DNA of 64,000 nt from Octopus vulgaris (taxonomy: Eukaryota), in assembly GCA_951406725.2 (NCBI GenBank), contig OX597829.1:21638001-21702000 (forward strand), given 5' to 3'. The notes under the pieces are model-generated. The model was not told the DNA's origin. It saw nothing but the letters and a program-made list of their open reading frames with translations, and searched no databases. Positions 46,801 to 61,700 of the stretch are shown piece after piece. Both the position numbers and the translations under genes were made by a program. Position 1 is the stretch's first letter; every line of letters begins with the position of its first letter.

Positions 46801-49800
46801 GATGAAAGGCAAAGTCAACCTCGGTGGAATTTGAACTCAGAACGTAACAGCAGACAAAATACTGCTAAGCATTTTGCCCGGCATGCTAACGTTTCTGCCA
46901 GCTCGCCACCTTATTATGAGACTATAATATTATGTAAATAATAATATACCTGCTTTATCACCTAATGTATGAGTGACTGTTTGTTTTGACACAAGAAAAA
47001 CTTGTTGGCCAACTATAAATAAGGCAATTAAAAAATATTTAATTGTATGATATCAATTTATTACCTGACAATTAGCTTCTTCTAGTTGCTGATTACAAGT
47101 TTTCAATTTACTTTCAAAGTCTTTAAGTTCTTGCTGCTTCCCTGCAAGTTCTAAGTTCAGCTTTGTAGTCTCCTCTTCCCCAGCTTTATCAGAATTTGCT
47201 TTAAAATATTTCATAAATATAATATAACATGAGTGTGTGTGTATTTGTGTGTGCATTAGTAAATAAAAATTTTCATATCCCTCTCTCTCTATTTCGGAGA
47301 GGCACAAGCACCTACACGCACATATACACATACGGCAGTAACTTCCACCTGCCGAATTCAATCACAAAGCTTCGGTCGGCTTGGGGCTATAGCAGAAGAC
47401 ACCTACCCAAAGTGCCACGCAGTGGGACTGAACCCGAAACCATATAGCTAGGAAGCAAGCTCCCTAACCACACAGCCATCATTATCAATATCGTCATCAT
47501 CATCATCATTGTTACCATCATTGTTATCAATATTTAGGTTTTAAGGCAGTGGATTGGTAGAATCATTAGAGCACCTACCAAAATGCCTTGTGGTATTGGT
47601 TCTGGCTCTTTACATTTAGAGTTCAAATCCCACCGAGGTCAACTTTACCTTTTATCCTTCTGGGAGCAGAACTGGCTTCCATGCTGGTGGCATGTAAAAA
47701 GCACCATTCGAGTGTGATCGTTACCAGCATCGCCTTACTGGCACTTGTGCCGGTGGCATGTGAAAAACATTCGAGCGAGGTCATTGCCAGTGCCACTAGA
47801 CTGGCTCCTGTGCAGGTGGCACGTAAAAAACACCATTTGAGTGTGGCCGTTGCCAGTACCACCTGACTGACCCTTGTGCCGGTGGCACATAAAAGCACCC
47901 ACTACACTCTTGGAGTGGTTGGCGTAAGGAAGGGCATCCAGCTGTAGAAATTCTGCCAGATCAAGATTGGAGCCTGGTGCAGCCATCTGGTTCGCCAGTC
48001 CTCAGTCAAATCGTCCAACCCATGCTAGCATGGAAAGCGGACGTTAAACAATGATGGTGATGATGATGATGATGATGATGAAAGGACCAGTCATGTACCT
48101 GAAAGATGTGTTTGTGTTTCTGTATGTATGTAAAAGGGTATGCAAGTTAATATATTGGGTCTGAAGAGGCATTTTGTGGTCCACAGAGATTCTATCCCAC
48201 AAAATGATCCAATCAATCCAGTGGAAGTTACAACTCTGATCTGTCACCTATACTTTCAAACAATGCAGACATGTACAAGACTGAGCTGTCATCAGAGAGG
48301 TCATGGACAGAAAGTCAGAAATTCCATTAACAGTTAGGAAAGCTCAGAGAGAGAGAGCAACTATCTGTAAAAGTGGAGGAACCACCACCACTACCTCATC
48401 TTCTTCTTCTTCGTCGTCGTCGTCATCATCATTGTCATCATCATCATCATCATCATCATCATTTTGTCATGTAATTTTCCCATGCTAGGATGGGTCAGAT
48501 GGCATTCATTCGGGTAGATTTTCTATTTTTGGATGCCCTTCTTGGAACCAACCCTCACCTATTTCCAAGTAAAGTAATATTTTTAACCCTGGTTGACATA
48601 TTTCCACAGAAGCTTGAAAATCGAGGACACTATCTGTGTGAAGATGATGCTCATATATATTTAATGCATGATATCAAGACAAGGAGACACAAATACATGC
48701 ACACACAAGCACACATACATACATACCAACACACACACATCATCATCATCATTTTTTAACGTCCATCATCCATGCATGCATGGGCAGGTCGGTTCACAAG
48801 TGTTAGCCAGGTAGAGAATCTACCCTATGCTACTGTGTCTGTTTTGGCATGGTTTTTATGGCTGGATACCCTTCCTAACACCAACCACTCTGCAGAATGG
48901 ACTCAGTGCTTTTTACATGGCACTAGCACAGGTGAGGTCAGTTTCGGCATGATTTTTATAGCTGGATGCCCTTCCAAATGTCAAACACACATGTATTTAT
49001 GAGTAAATGTAAGGATAAGCAAATTAGACAGATCAATATATAAAGTGTATAAAATACATGGAATACTCATCATCATCGTTTAACGTCTGCTTTCCATGCT
49101 AGCATAGGTTGGACGATTTGACTGAGGACTGGCAAACCAGATGGCTGCACCAGACTCCAATCTGATCTAGCAGAGTTTCTACAGCTGGATGCCCTTCCTA
49201 ACGCCAACCACTCCGAGAGTGTAGTGGGGACTTTTACATGCCACCGACATGAGGACCAGTCAGGCAGTACTGGCAATGGCCACACTCAAATGGTGCTTTT
49301 TACGTGCCACCTGCATAGGAGCCAGTCCAGCGGCACTGGCAACAACCTCGCTCGAATGTTTTTTTCACATGCCACCAGCACAAGTGCCAGCAAGGCGACA
49401 CAGGTAATGATCACGCTCGAATGGTGCTTTTTTATGTGCCATCGGCACGGAGGCCAGCTTGTTGTTCTGGCAATGATCTCACTCGTATGGTACATTTAGC
49501 ACTCCACTAGCATGGATGCCAGTCATTGAATTTGATTTTGTTATACAAAATGTATATATGTTTACATACAAAAAGGTTCAACTTACAAAGAATACAAATG
49601 ATATAGGGAAGTAAGGAGTTGAAGAAGTGTACACTAAGTATATTCTATACTGAGAATATCTGATCCTCATGTATGAACTATATATATATATATATATTCT
49701 GTAAATAATAATAACTTATAAGCAATCTCTGTGTATTGACTAAAGAACATAGTCTAATATTTATTTCTTTATTGTCTACAGGGGGATGAACATAGAGGGG

Positions 49801-52800
49801 ACAAACAAGGACAGACAAGGGGATTAAGTTGATTACATTGACCCCCAATGATTAACTGGTACTTATTTAATCAACCCCAAAAGGATGAAAAGGTGATATA
49901 AGCCCTTAATGTAAAAAGTGGGTTTTCAATATGCATGGGACTCAAACCCATACCTTTTATATTTGCAATAAGTATGTTAACCATTACATCAATGTACCTA
50001 CTCTTTACATTCAGAGGTCAAATCCAACTGAGGTTAACTTTTACATTGAATGAGTATGTTGGTATAATGGTTAGCATACTTATATGAATATACGATATGT
50101 GGGTTTGAGTCCCATGCATGTGGAAAACCTACTTTATCCTGTCAAGACTATTTTCTTTAATCAATGCACAATGATCGCTTATAAGCTTTAAGTGTATAAA
50201 ATACCATTATTAATTATTAGAATTGTCATCACTTCTCAAGTCATTGCAGAAAACACACAAACACACACACACACACATATATACACATGCAACAGATTTC
50301 TTTCCATTACCATCTGAAGATAGAGCAATCCACTCAAAAGGCATTGGGTGGTCTGGGGCTAAAACAAAAGACACATGCCAAAGTTGCCACACAATGGAAC
50401 TGAACGTGAAGCTGTGTGACCAGAAAGCAAACTTCTTAACCACACAGCCACGTGAATGTATGCATATGTGATTATGTATTAGTGAAATTCCACTTGCAAA
50501 GCACACATGTCAAAAAGAAAGTTACAGACCATGTGACTCATTAATTGGGATAGAAAAACTAAAACTAACCGATACGTTTTTCCAGGTCTTTGATGACTTT
50601 TTTCAATCCATCTATCTCTTTCTTCAAGGAAATTTCATTCTCAGTGAAAGTATTTCGGGTACTGGATAATAATTCTTCCAAATCATTTATGGCTTCAATA
50701 TGGCACTGCACGGCTGATGCCACTTGTTTCTTTGCCTGGAACATGCAAACAACAGCAGATGAGATGCGTTTGGAATTAATTCAAAACCAGAATGACCTTA
50801 AGTGCATATATCTTTCACTATGGCAAACTCACTTGGAATTAGCAGGTCCAAAACTCTTTTTTGGAATTCTTTGATATCAATGCAACTTAAGCCTATACTC
50901 GACTGCAAATGATGATATTAAACCTTTAGCATTTAAACCAGCCACATCTGGCCCAAATATTCTGTCTGCTTTATGTTCAAACAGGTCAGATCCAGCTTCT
51001 CATATCCACCCTACAATGTCATTCTAAATAAAATAAACAATCCCTCATTTAAATCTCAGAGTTACAAGATAATGAATGATAACTTCGAAACAATATGAAT
51101 AAATAAGCATTACATTTGACAGAGTAAGCTGAATGCTAAAGGGTTAAACCCTTGACAACGGTTGACGTAAATATGTGATCACACTTTTGCTTGCCTACCC
51201 GCAGTTAACGTAAATATACAATGTAGAGCTGCCCTATATCTATCACGGACTTTTTAGCAGCTGACATATATTTATGTTCGCTATCATGTACTTTATCTCT
51301 TGAGGTGCACGCGCTCACCATCATGTGCATTATCTTAGCTATTTTAGGTTATGTTCAAGTCATGAGCCTACCTGTAGACCAATGATATGCGGATACTTTA
51401 CATGCATAATACCGTGTTTTGAGTTGTACCACACGCAAGCTATTTTCTGAACTTGAGCAGAATAACTCGTGCATATCATATTACGATAAATAGCTTCACA
51501 TAGTTCGTTTTCATAAACCGGTAGACGTAAATGTACAATGCTATGTTATTGTAACGGTGAATGTGAATAGATGTGAGCTTGTTGGCACTTGTATGTTTGT
51601 GTGACCTTTTTTTATCTAATAGATAAAAAAAAAACCAGTGCAGTGTCTCGCATGCTTCGGGTAATACCGGCGTCAAAGGGTTAAAATAGTAGTGATAGAG
51701 ATGATGATGATGGGGGGAAGGGGTTGCGGTTATCATGATGGTGATAATGATAGGCAACAATACTGATTTCTTACATTGACATTGGATGTATTCTGTCTTA
51801 ACCAAGTTCTGGGCAGCCAGATACAAGGTGGTCAGCATATCCTGCACTGAGGGTCAGTGCTATTTTATATTATTCTATGTTGGTTGGACTTTATTAGAAG
51901 GCTCTTGTCTTGAGCAGCAATGATGAGACTTTCTGTCTCTGGTTTAAGGTCAGTTGCTCTGAGCCATTTATGTTGTCTTGTAATGATCTACATCAGCATC
52001 CGCTCTTCTTTTCGTGTATTTTCTATGCATTGCTTTTTCCACCCACTTTGCACTCAGTTGTCATCCTTGATTTTTGGCTGTTTTGTTTATTCTTTGGGCG
52101 TTGTAGTTAGTGGTTTGTCTCGAGTTCAGCAGAAAATGCTAACAACGCGAACAATGAAGAATGTGATGATGATGATGGTTGTGGTGATGATTATGGTTGT
52201 GATGATGGTGATGGTTGTGGCGATGGTGATGATGATAGTTATGGTGATGGTGGTGAAAGTGACAATGATGATGATAATGGGTTGACTTGTAATTGATTAT
52301 ATAGTTTGTGGTTTTCTTCACACCTCAAAAAATTAAATCCTGTAAGAGCATGGAGGTGAGGGGATCAAAAGTTTTTTCTTTCGTCATCCTTCCAGTGTCA
52401 ATATGTGGGTCACCATTTATTAACTCAGCAGCAGCAGTAGCAGTACCAGTGCCACTACCACCACCACTATTACTGCTGCTGCCATCATTTCCCCCACCAC
52501 CACCACCACAACCACCATCACCACCACCCTTCTCCTCCTGAAGCAGAGTAATGCTGGTTACACAAATGCAAAGTAAATATAGTGGTAATACTGACTTGTT
52601 AAGAAAACATCAAATTTAAAAAAAAAAAAATTTTTTTTAAAGTAAAAGGAAAAAATATTTCAAAATGAATTTTTCAGAACTGAACTGCGCCATGTTAATC
52701 CCAGATTTTAAAACCAAAACAGTCAACATTAAAACTTTAAAACTTACAATTTCTTCAGCATTTAATTTGTCCTCTTGGTACTTGTCTAAAAGTTTCTGAT

Positions 52801-55671
52801 ACTTCTGTTTCTCAATTTCAAGACTCTGCCAAAAATAATAGATCATTATGTTTGCTATATTCAGTTCAATGGTTAATTTGTATATAAAAGTAATTAGTCT
52901 TGTTCTAAATATTGTTTTTAGGATTGAAACAATCTCGATTATATGAAGCCATATAATCAGGATCCAGGATGTGGCAATTTTGATTCCTCTTGAGAGGAAT
53001 TCTAATTTAACTTAGTCTTCAGGCCTACTCCTGTTTATTATAGTTATGGCCCTTCAGGCCATAACAGGAATTTAAGACTGGTTGTTTGTAAGAATTCCTA
53101 CATGCTGATGACCTTGTCAATATAGTGGAATCTATGGAAGTTTCAGAAAAGAATTTCATATCAGTATCACCAGTGTTTAACACTCATCATCCATACTGGT
53201 GGGGGTTGGATGGGTTGACAGGATCCAGTGGATCCAAGGACTACATCATGTTCCCATATCTATTTTGGCTTGGTTATTTTTATTCTACAGCTCGATGCCT
53301 TTTCCAATGCCAACCACTTTACAGAATGTACCAAGTACCTTTTTATCTTTTTCATAGTACCACCACTAGTGAGGTCACTATGCAGTTTGCAAGAATAAGA
53401 TCCCTTTTGACCAATGTGAAAACAAAACCTGGAATTGAGAGGCATCTGAGTAAACTCTGTGAAGACTAGAGTCTTGCTGAGTAGCAAAGAAGATAGAAAT
53501 CTACTGCTTTCAGAGAAACAACTGATGTACAGAATAGGAATAAGTAGTCCACATTACTCCATAAGAAGAATAGGGCCAGTTCTCCAGTTTCTCTGGTTTA
53601 TACATATATATTCCCCACTTGGATGGGATGCCAGTCCATCGCAGGATTACTCACTTTTGCCAGCTGAGTGGACTGGAGCAACATGAAATGTTTTGTTCAA
53701 GAATACTACACATCACCTGAACCAGGAATTGAAACTATGATCTTATGCTCATGAGTTTAATACCCTAACCACTAAGCCATGTACTTCTACACTTATTGCT
53801 TTTCTGTATATCTAGCACAGCCGTTTCTTGGGTTTAGTAACACTTAACTTGCGTTAAGTGTAGAATATACTAGCAGTCTGACAAATAATGGCCAAGATGG
53901 AATTGTACTTTTCTACCATCCAGTATATGACATGACACATTGCACGTATGCAACAAAAACATGTGAGCTTGCTGTGAAGACTTTTTAATAGATGTCTGAA
54001 CTTCTGCAGGTTTGATCTGTATGAAGCGTATATAAAGAGAGAGGTGTTCCAGAGGAATGTAACATAGGGAAGAAATGTTTGGTGCAGGTTTCACAACTAA
54101 GACATAGAAGAATGATAAAACATAGTTGGAGGAGAGGCTGATGCATCAAATGACCCTGAATGATGGTGGAACACAGCTTGCTAGTTTAGAGACAGTTGGA
54201 AGTATTGTAGTAGAAGAAAAGGTGATAAGAGTTCATCTGTTATAGTGTGTTGGTGAGTCAATATATTTGAAAATTAATCAGACAGGTTTATGGGTGAGGC
54301 TGTGATACTTCAGCCCAAAATGTTTCAGTGTATATCAACTGCTCCATGTTGGTTGCATTTCTCTCTTGGAAAGGATCGGCAACTGGTCTGCACTGATGGT
54401 TTTTCTGGTATTGAAGCTAAACAAATGTAAGATTTTACACAGCATTGTCTCATGCTGGTACCACATAGAAAGAACCCAATACATTCTGTAAAGGAGTTGG
54501 CATTAGGAAGGGCATCAAGCTGTAGAAACTAAGCCAAAACTGACTATGGAACCTGGTGCAGCCCCTGGCCTTGTTAGCTCCTGTCAAACCGTCCAACCCA
54601 CTACAGCATGGAAAATGGATGTTAAATAATGATGATACCTGGGGACCCTTACTGAGTAATCTGATGCTAAAGTGGGTACCTGAAACAAATGGCGATCTAA
54701 AGGTTATCCAATTTTACATTTAGCCAATTGTTGAGTCCATCACGTCATTCCACTCTTCATTCATTCAACAGATGTATCTGATTCATTTTAACCAGAGAAC
54801 ATGGAATATGAAGACTGTTCCAGGAATTTAACAACAGAAAAAAACTATCAGACTTTGTCATTATAAAAAATTAATTAGAAATCATATAATGACAAACTCT
54901 GTTGTGGAATGAATACTTCCTAAGTGACCATTACAGATATTGAAAATTCTAGACAAGAAAACATCAAAAAATGCATACCATGTGGAAACTCTCAGACATT
55001 TCCTCTTTTAATTTCTCAATTTCAAGAATATGATTGTTTCTTTCTTTTTGTAGAAGTGTCTCCAGCTGGAAAGTGAAAGATTTTTCAGAATGTTCATTAG
55101 CATGACAGCCAGACAAAGTATTTAAAAATCATAGTAAGAAATTTTTTTCAAGAGTCTGAGCAGCCAACATTGAAATCAAAACTAAGGTCTCAGTGAAATC
55201 ACTTGGAAAATTTTGCTCAGTGTTTGGCAACCATTTTTTTTTAAACCTCTGGACCCATTTGATTCCTATTTTACTTCGATGGACCCTCACAACCATTTCA
55301 TGCTTAAAAAATCCTATCATATTTTTATAATTAAATATTATTAGGAAAAGTTTTTAAAAAACTTGTTAAAACATTTGCTGTATTGTAGAAGCATAGCCAA
55401 TTTATTGCAGATAAGTTTGAACAATGTATCACTGGCATTGGTGCCTTTTACGTATTGTGTCACCAGTACAGGTGCCCTTTATGTGTCACTAGCATGGGTG
55501 TCCTTAACACATCACCAGCACAGGTGCCTTTTATGTGTCACCACCTCATTCTAATTCTTCCCGGGTCTACCCTTTCCACAGGTTCCCTCCACAATTAGAG
55601 ATTTTAAAAACAATGCAACTATTTAGCTTGATCTACATTTCAAGTTATGAAAACACCTTAGGAAAACATGA

Positions 55672-55770
<99 letters not shown>

Positions 55771-56715
55771 GTGGTGGTGGTGTTGGTGTTGGTGGTGGTG
55801 ATGGTGGTGGTAGTAGTAGTAGTAGTAGTAGGAGGAGGAGGAGGAGGAGGAGGAGGGGAGGGGGGAGGAAGATCAAGTGATCAAGGCTTCTGGTGATTTG
55901 CTGTGCTTGAAGAAATACATCAAGTTAAGTGAATTGTGATTGTTGTCAGTGCTGGCGACATGTAAAAGACACTTGTGCCAGTGACGCATAAAAGGCACCT
56001 GTGCTGGTGACATGTTAAGGGCACCCATGCCAGTAACACATAAAGGGCACCTGTACTAGTTGTCAAGCAGTGGGAGGAGATGGGCTTCTTTCAGTTTCCA
56101 TCTACCAAATCCACTGACAAGGCTTTGGCTGGCCTGAGGCTATAGCAGAAGATACTTGACAAAGGTGCCATAAAGTAGGACTGAACCCAGAACTATGAGG
56201 TTTAGAAGCAAACTACTTTTTACTATACAGCTATGCCTGTGCTTAAATATAACTATGCATATTTTTTTCATAACCAATGCTGTTTTTGATAGTTATTCTT
56301 TTATTCTTTTACTTGTTTCAGTCACTTGACTGTGACCATGCTGGAGCACCGCCTTTTGTGGAACAGATCGACCCCAGGACTTATTCTTTGTAAGCCTAGT
56401 ACTTATTTTATCAGTCTCTTTTGCTGAACCACTAAGTTACAGGGACACAAACGCACCAACATTGGTTGTCAAGTAATGTTGGGGGACAAACACAGACACA
56501 CAAACATATACACACGCATACCGCCTGACTGGCCCTCATGCCAGTGGCATGTAAAAGCACCAACTACACTCTCAGAGTGGTTGGCGTTAGGAAGGGCATC
56601 CAGCAGTAGAAACTCTGCCAGATCAGATTGGAACCTGGTGTAGCCATCTAGCTTGCCAGTCCTCAGTCAAATCGTCCAACTCATGCCAGCAAGGAAAGCG
56701 GATGTTAAATGATGA

Positions 56716-56758
<43 letters not shown>

Positions 56759-58659
56759 ACAGGCTTCTTACAGTTTCCATCTACCAAATCCACTCACAAG
56801 GATTTGGTTGGACTGAGGATATAGTAGAAGACACTTACCCAAGGTGCCATGCAGTGGGACCGAACCTGGAACCTTGTGGTTGGTAAGCAAGCTACTTACC
56901 ACACAACCACTCCTGCACCTATACCCACTCCTTCAGCATTGCTTCATAACTTTACCAGAATAAGACTTTTAATTTACCTTAAGTGGACTCTTTTCAAATT
57001 CTTCCAGTTTCTGTCTAAAACTATTTTTTAATTGCAGTATCTGATCTTGATGAGCTGAAGTTGTCGTGTCTCTGTTTTATTAACAAGAAAGTAAGAATTA
57101 ACTGGAATGGTAAACAACAGCATATAAAACGGTACCAACAATTATATGAACAACAATTACACTCAAACTTTCCAAAGACCATAAGCTTCCCAGAAGAGTG
57201 GAAATGCAGAAAAGTGAGAAAATGACAAACAACTGTAGATGTTGTAGCAATACCAGCAGACGCCAGAAATTGTTTCAAGAGGACTGCTGGATATAGTAGC
57301 ACTCTGAGGATAGCAGAAAAGCTCACTTCATCATCAGTGTTAGAAGCCGACAACCGGAAAACTGAAAGGCTCCTGGCCCAGGTGTGCAACCTCACTTTCA
57401 TGTGAGAGCAAATGGAGGCTCATTTAGTGAAGAGTGAACAAGAATCCTGTGTTAAACAAGTTTTTATAACAGTGTTCATACCAAAGTGGATGTGAATCAA
57501 TAAAAGTTGTACAAATGTGGTAACACCTTATGTGATTGATGTTGAAACAGAAGAGAGTAAGAAATGCACCTGCTACTTAATGCAGTAGCAGGAATGGCCA
57601 AAGGGGAAGCAAGCTAGGAGTCCTAGCTGGCCATGTCAGTTGACTAGTCAAACTGTTCAAAGCTACCAAATGGGCATAGGAGTGGCTGTGTGGTAAGCAT
57701 AGGCATAGGAGTGGCTGCATGGTAAGTAGCTTGCTTATGAACCACATGGTTCCGGGTTCAGTCCCACCGCATGGAAACTTGGGCAAGTGTCTTCAGCTAT
57801 AGCCTCAGGCCGACCAAAGCCTTGTGAGTGGATTTGGTAAACGGAAACTGAAAGAATCCTGTCATATATATATATGTATATGTATATATATATGTATGTG
57901 TGTGTATATGTTTGTATATGTTTTTGAAGGCAAACAATTTTGAGAGGAGAGATTAGTTGATGAAATAAGCATAATTCATTACTAGTGCCTCACATACACA
58001 CAAACACCTTAAGAAAACATGATAGTAGTACTGCTCATGATCAGAGATGCACATATCGTCAGCCACAAGGGACATGCTCAGTTGTTTAAGGTCAAACAAC
58101 TGACAAGCAAACCTGTAGTATTGAGCAGAATATTTGCTGTAGCCCATTTTTTATACCAAGACAAAACAATGTACATGATATCAGTTAAGATCAGAAGCCA
58201 TGATAGCCACTGCCTGGTATTGCATCAGGATTATTATTATTATTATTATTATTATTATCATTGCCTTTGCACAGCTTCTAACTCTTGAGATGTACTACGG
58301 TGTCAGCTGTTCACTACCAGTGAACTAAGGTAACACCACTTATTTTTCGAGCACCTTCCAGAGTATTTGAGCGTTTCCAAGCAGTGCTGTTTTCTCCAAG
58401 TGCTCCACCCTTACTGCAACCCTTATTTGTTCCACGTACTTCGCGAGATTTTTACTCACTGTTCCCAGGGTTCCGACAATTATTGGTACTACAGCTACCT
58501 TTTTCATCGACCACAACTGCTTAACCTCCCAAGCTAACCAGTCATATCTCTCAACTTTTCTTTCTTCCTTATCGCATACCTTGTTGTCAGCTGGGCATGC
58601 TATGTCTATGATCCAGCATAGTTTTTTTTTCTTCTCATTATTATTATTATTATTATTAC

Positions 58660-58700
<41 letters not shown>

Positions 58701-61700
58701 TTTTGAGGATAGAGTCATGTGGCTTAGTGGTTACGTGGCACTCATGATTGTAAGATTGTAGTTTCAATTCCTGGACTGAGCGATGCATTGTGTTCTTGAG
58801 CAGACCACTTCATTTTGTGTTGCTCCAGTCCATTCAGCTGACAAAAATGAGTAATTCTGCAACAAACCAGCAATCTGTTCCAGTGGGTAATATACAGGGT
58901 GCGGCAGAAACATCTCCCACATTTTAAACTTTCCCCTATGTGTTGCTAATGAACTTATGCAAGTGCCAATGATGTTTTCATTTAGCTAATGAACAAAAAC
59001 TGTAACCCTTTGTTTAAACAACAGTAAAATTAATTTTTCATAAATGTTGTTTCTTTTTCCTTTTGTCAACCTTTCAAACGTGGGAGGTATTTCTGCCACA
59101 CCTTGTATATGCCACAGAATCTAGGAAACCATCGTTTTGAGCCTATAGATAAGGGAGGACCGTCGATACCATTTTCCATTTTTTTTATCCCTATAAGGTG
59201 GATAAAACCAGGCACTAGTTACCTAATGGGCTTATTTAATCAACTAATCTCTCCCCTCAAAATTGTTTGTCTTAAAAAATCTGAGGAGTCTTACCTTTCT
59301 TTCTTTAATGATTCAATTTCAGACCGAAGTTTCTTCTCAGAATCTCGCAGCTGTTCTACAAGAGCTGAAATAATAGAAGAGACATTTAAACATGTCTGGT
59401 CATGAGGAATGGCAACCATGCTAGTGGAGTGCTAAGAGCACCAGCGTGAATGTTGCCAGAGCACGTAAAAAGCACCATTCGAGCATGATTGTTACCAGCG
59501 TCGTCTTGCTGGCACTTGTGCTGGTAGCAAAGGAAAAAACATTCGAGCAAGGTCGTTGCCAGTGACACTGGACTGGCTCCTGTGCAGGTAGCACGTAAAA
59601 GACACCATTTGAGTGTGGCTGTTGCCATTACTGCAAGACTGGCCCTCGTGCTGGTGGCACGTAAAAGCACCCACTACACTCTCAGAGTGGTTGGCGTTAG
59701 GAAGGGCATCATCATCATCATCATCATCATCGTTTAACGTCCGCTTTCCATGCTAGCATGGGTTGGACGGTTCAACTGGGGTCTGGGAAGCCAGAAGGCT
59801 GCACCAGGCCAGTCAGATCTGGCAGTGTTTCTACAGCTGGATGCCCTTCCTAATGCCAACCACTCCGTGAGTGTAGTGGGTGCTTTTTATGTGCCACCAA
59901 CACAGGTGCCAGACGAGGCTGGCGAACGGCCACACTCGGATGGTGTTTTTTATGTGCCACCGACACAGGTGCCAGACGAGGCTGGCGAACGGCCACGCTC
60001 GGATGGTGTTTTTTATGTGCCACCGACACAGGTGCCACCGACACAGGTGCCAGACGAGACTGGCGAACGGCCACGCTCGGATGGTGTTTTTTATGTGCCA
60101 CCGACACAGGTGCCAGACGAGGCTGGCAAACGGCCACGCTCGGATGGTGTTTTTTATGTGCCACCGACACAGGTGCCAGACGAGGCTGGCGAACGGCCAC
60201 GCTCAGATGGTGTTTTTTAATGTACCACCGACACAGGTGCCAGACGAGGCTGTAGAAACTCTGCCAGATCAGGTTGGAGCCTGGTGCAGCCATCTGGTTC
60301 GCCAGTCCTCAGTCAAACCATCCAACCCATGCTAGCATGGAAAGCAGACGTTAAACGATGATGATGACAATGATAACAATGATGATGATGACAAACTAAT
60401 GGCTATTATTTTTTCATTTTAGAGTACAACAGTGTTGCTGTTGTCATTATCATCATCATTATCCTCATCACTATCTTCTTTATCATCACCAACTCCCTCA
60501 TCATTTTCATTATCATTATCATTTCATTAACATTGTCACTGACACTGACATCATCAAAATCATTACTTTCATTATATTCTCTTTTACTCTTTTACTTGTT
60601 TCAGTCATGTGACTGTGGCCATGCTGGAGCACTGCCTTTTGGTAGAGCAAATCGAACCCAGGATTTATTCTTTGTAAGCCTAGTACTTATTCTATCGGCC
60701 TCATTTGCTGAACCACTAAGTTACAGGGATGTAAACACACCAGCATCAGTTGTCAAGTGATGTTGGGGGGGACAAACACAGACACACACATACATATACA
60801 TATATACAATGGGCTTCTTTCAGTTTCAGTATACCAAATCCACTCACAAGGCTTTGGTCAGCCCGAGGTTATAGTAGAAGACACTTGCCCAAGGTGCCAT
60901 GCAGTGTGACTGAACCCGGAACCATGTGGTTGGTAAGCAAGCTACTTACCACACAGCCACTCCTACGCCTATATTCTACATTATCATCAACATTACTAGC
61001 ACCATTACCTTCACAACCACCACCACCATCACCCATCATTGTCATCATCATCATCATTCATTGTCATCATATTTCATCATCATTAACATCATTGTTATCG
61101 CCATCATCATTGTCATTATCATCATCGTTATCATCATCATCATCACTGTCATCACCATAGCAGTTCATCAAAAGAATCTGATAGAATGAATGCTAGACTT
61201 TAAAAAAAAATAAAAGTGCTGGGATTGATTTGTTTGATTAAAAACCCTTCAAGGCAGTACTAAAAGGAGTAAAGGATAAAAGATATGTATGTACACATAT
61301 CCATCCATCCACCCACCCATCCATCCATATATACACACATATACATACATATTTCAAAAATTTAACAAAAACATAACTAACAGAAAATTTGTAGCTAATT
61401 CTTCGAGAGCCAACATCCAAAAGATCATTACGAGATAATTACAAATGGAATGTATTTGCACACAACATGACGAGCACTTCTGTCATAAATGACAAGTTCA
61501 AGGTTCTGCAATTTCTTGCTGAACAAACCTGCATAAATGGCTTATTTAAAGCAAATCAAATGCTTGTGTTGTACATTAGCTCATTCCCACCGTCAAATCA
61601 ATTTTTGCCACCAGTCAAATGTCAAAGTCATCACAGAGCAATCTGAAATGAAGTGTTATGCTCAAGAATATAATGCACCACCTGGTGTGAGAATTGAAAC

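Noticed and set aside
53104-53112. CTGATGA as a hammerhead ribozyme core
   Set aside because: It is the ADD codons of a decayed RT motif and has no flanking stems.
53860-54420. Possible CR1/L2-like LINE 3' remnant on the minus strand
   Set aside because: Only faint FFP...LWN-like similarity; too decayed to call without a search.
55535-55880. Poly-S/V/T ORFs (similar ones at 51920, 60926, 62873)
   Set aside because: These are trinucleotide microsatellites.
57055-57056. Alternative acceptor ttcag for the LEKR1-like exon
   Set aside because: It is out of phase with the upstream phase-2 exon; the acceptor at 57072-57073 keeps the frame.
57021-57401. 126-aa minus-strand ORF
   Set aside because: It overlaps the true exon in a different frame and shows no recognisable domain.
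59880-60250. CRISPR-like repeat/spacer pattern
   Set aside because: Spacers are near-identical, the array is part of a retroposon tail found throughout the window, the context is eukaryotic and there are no cas genes.
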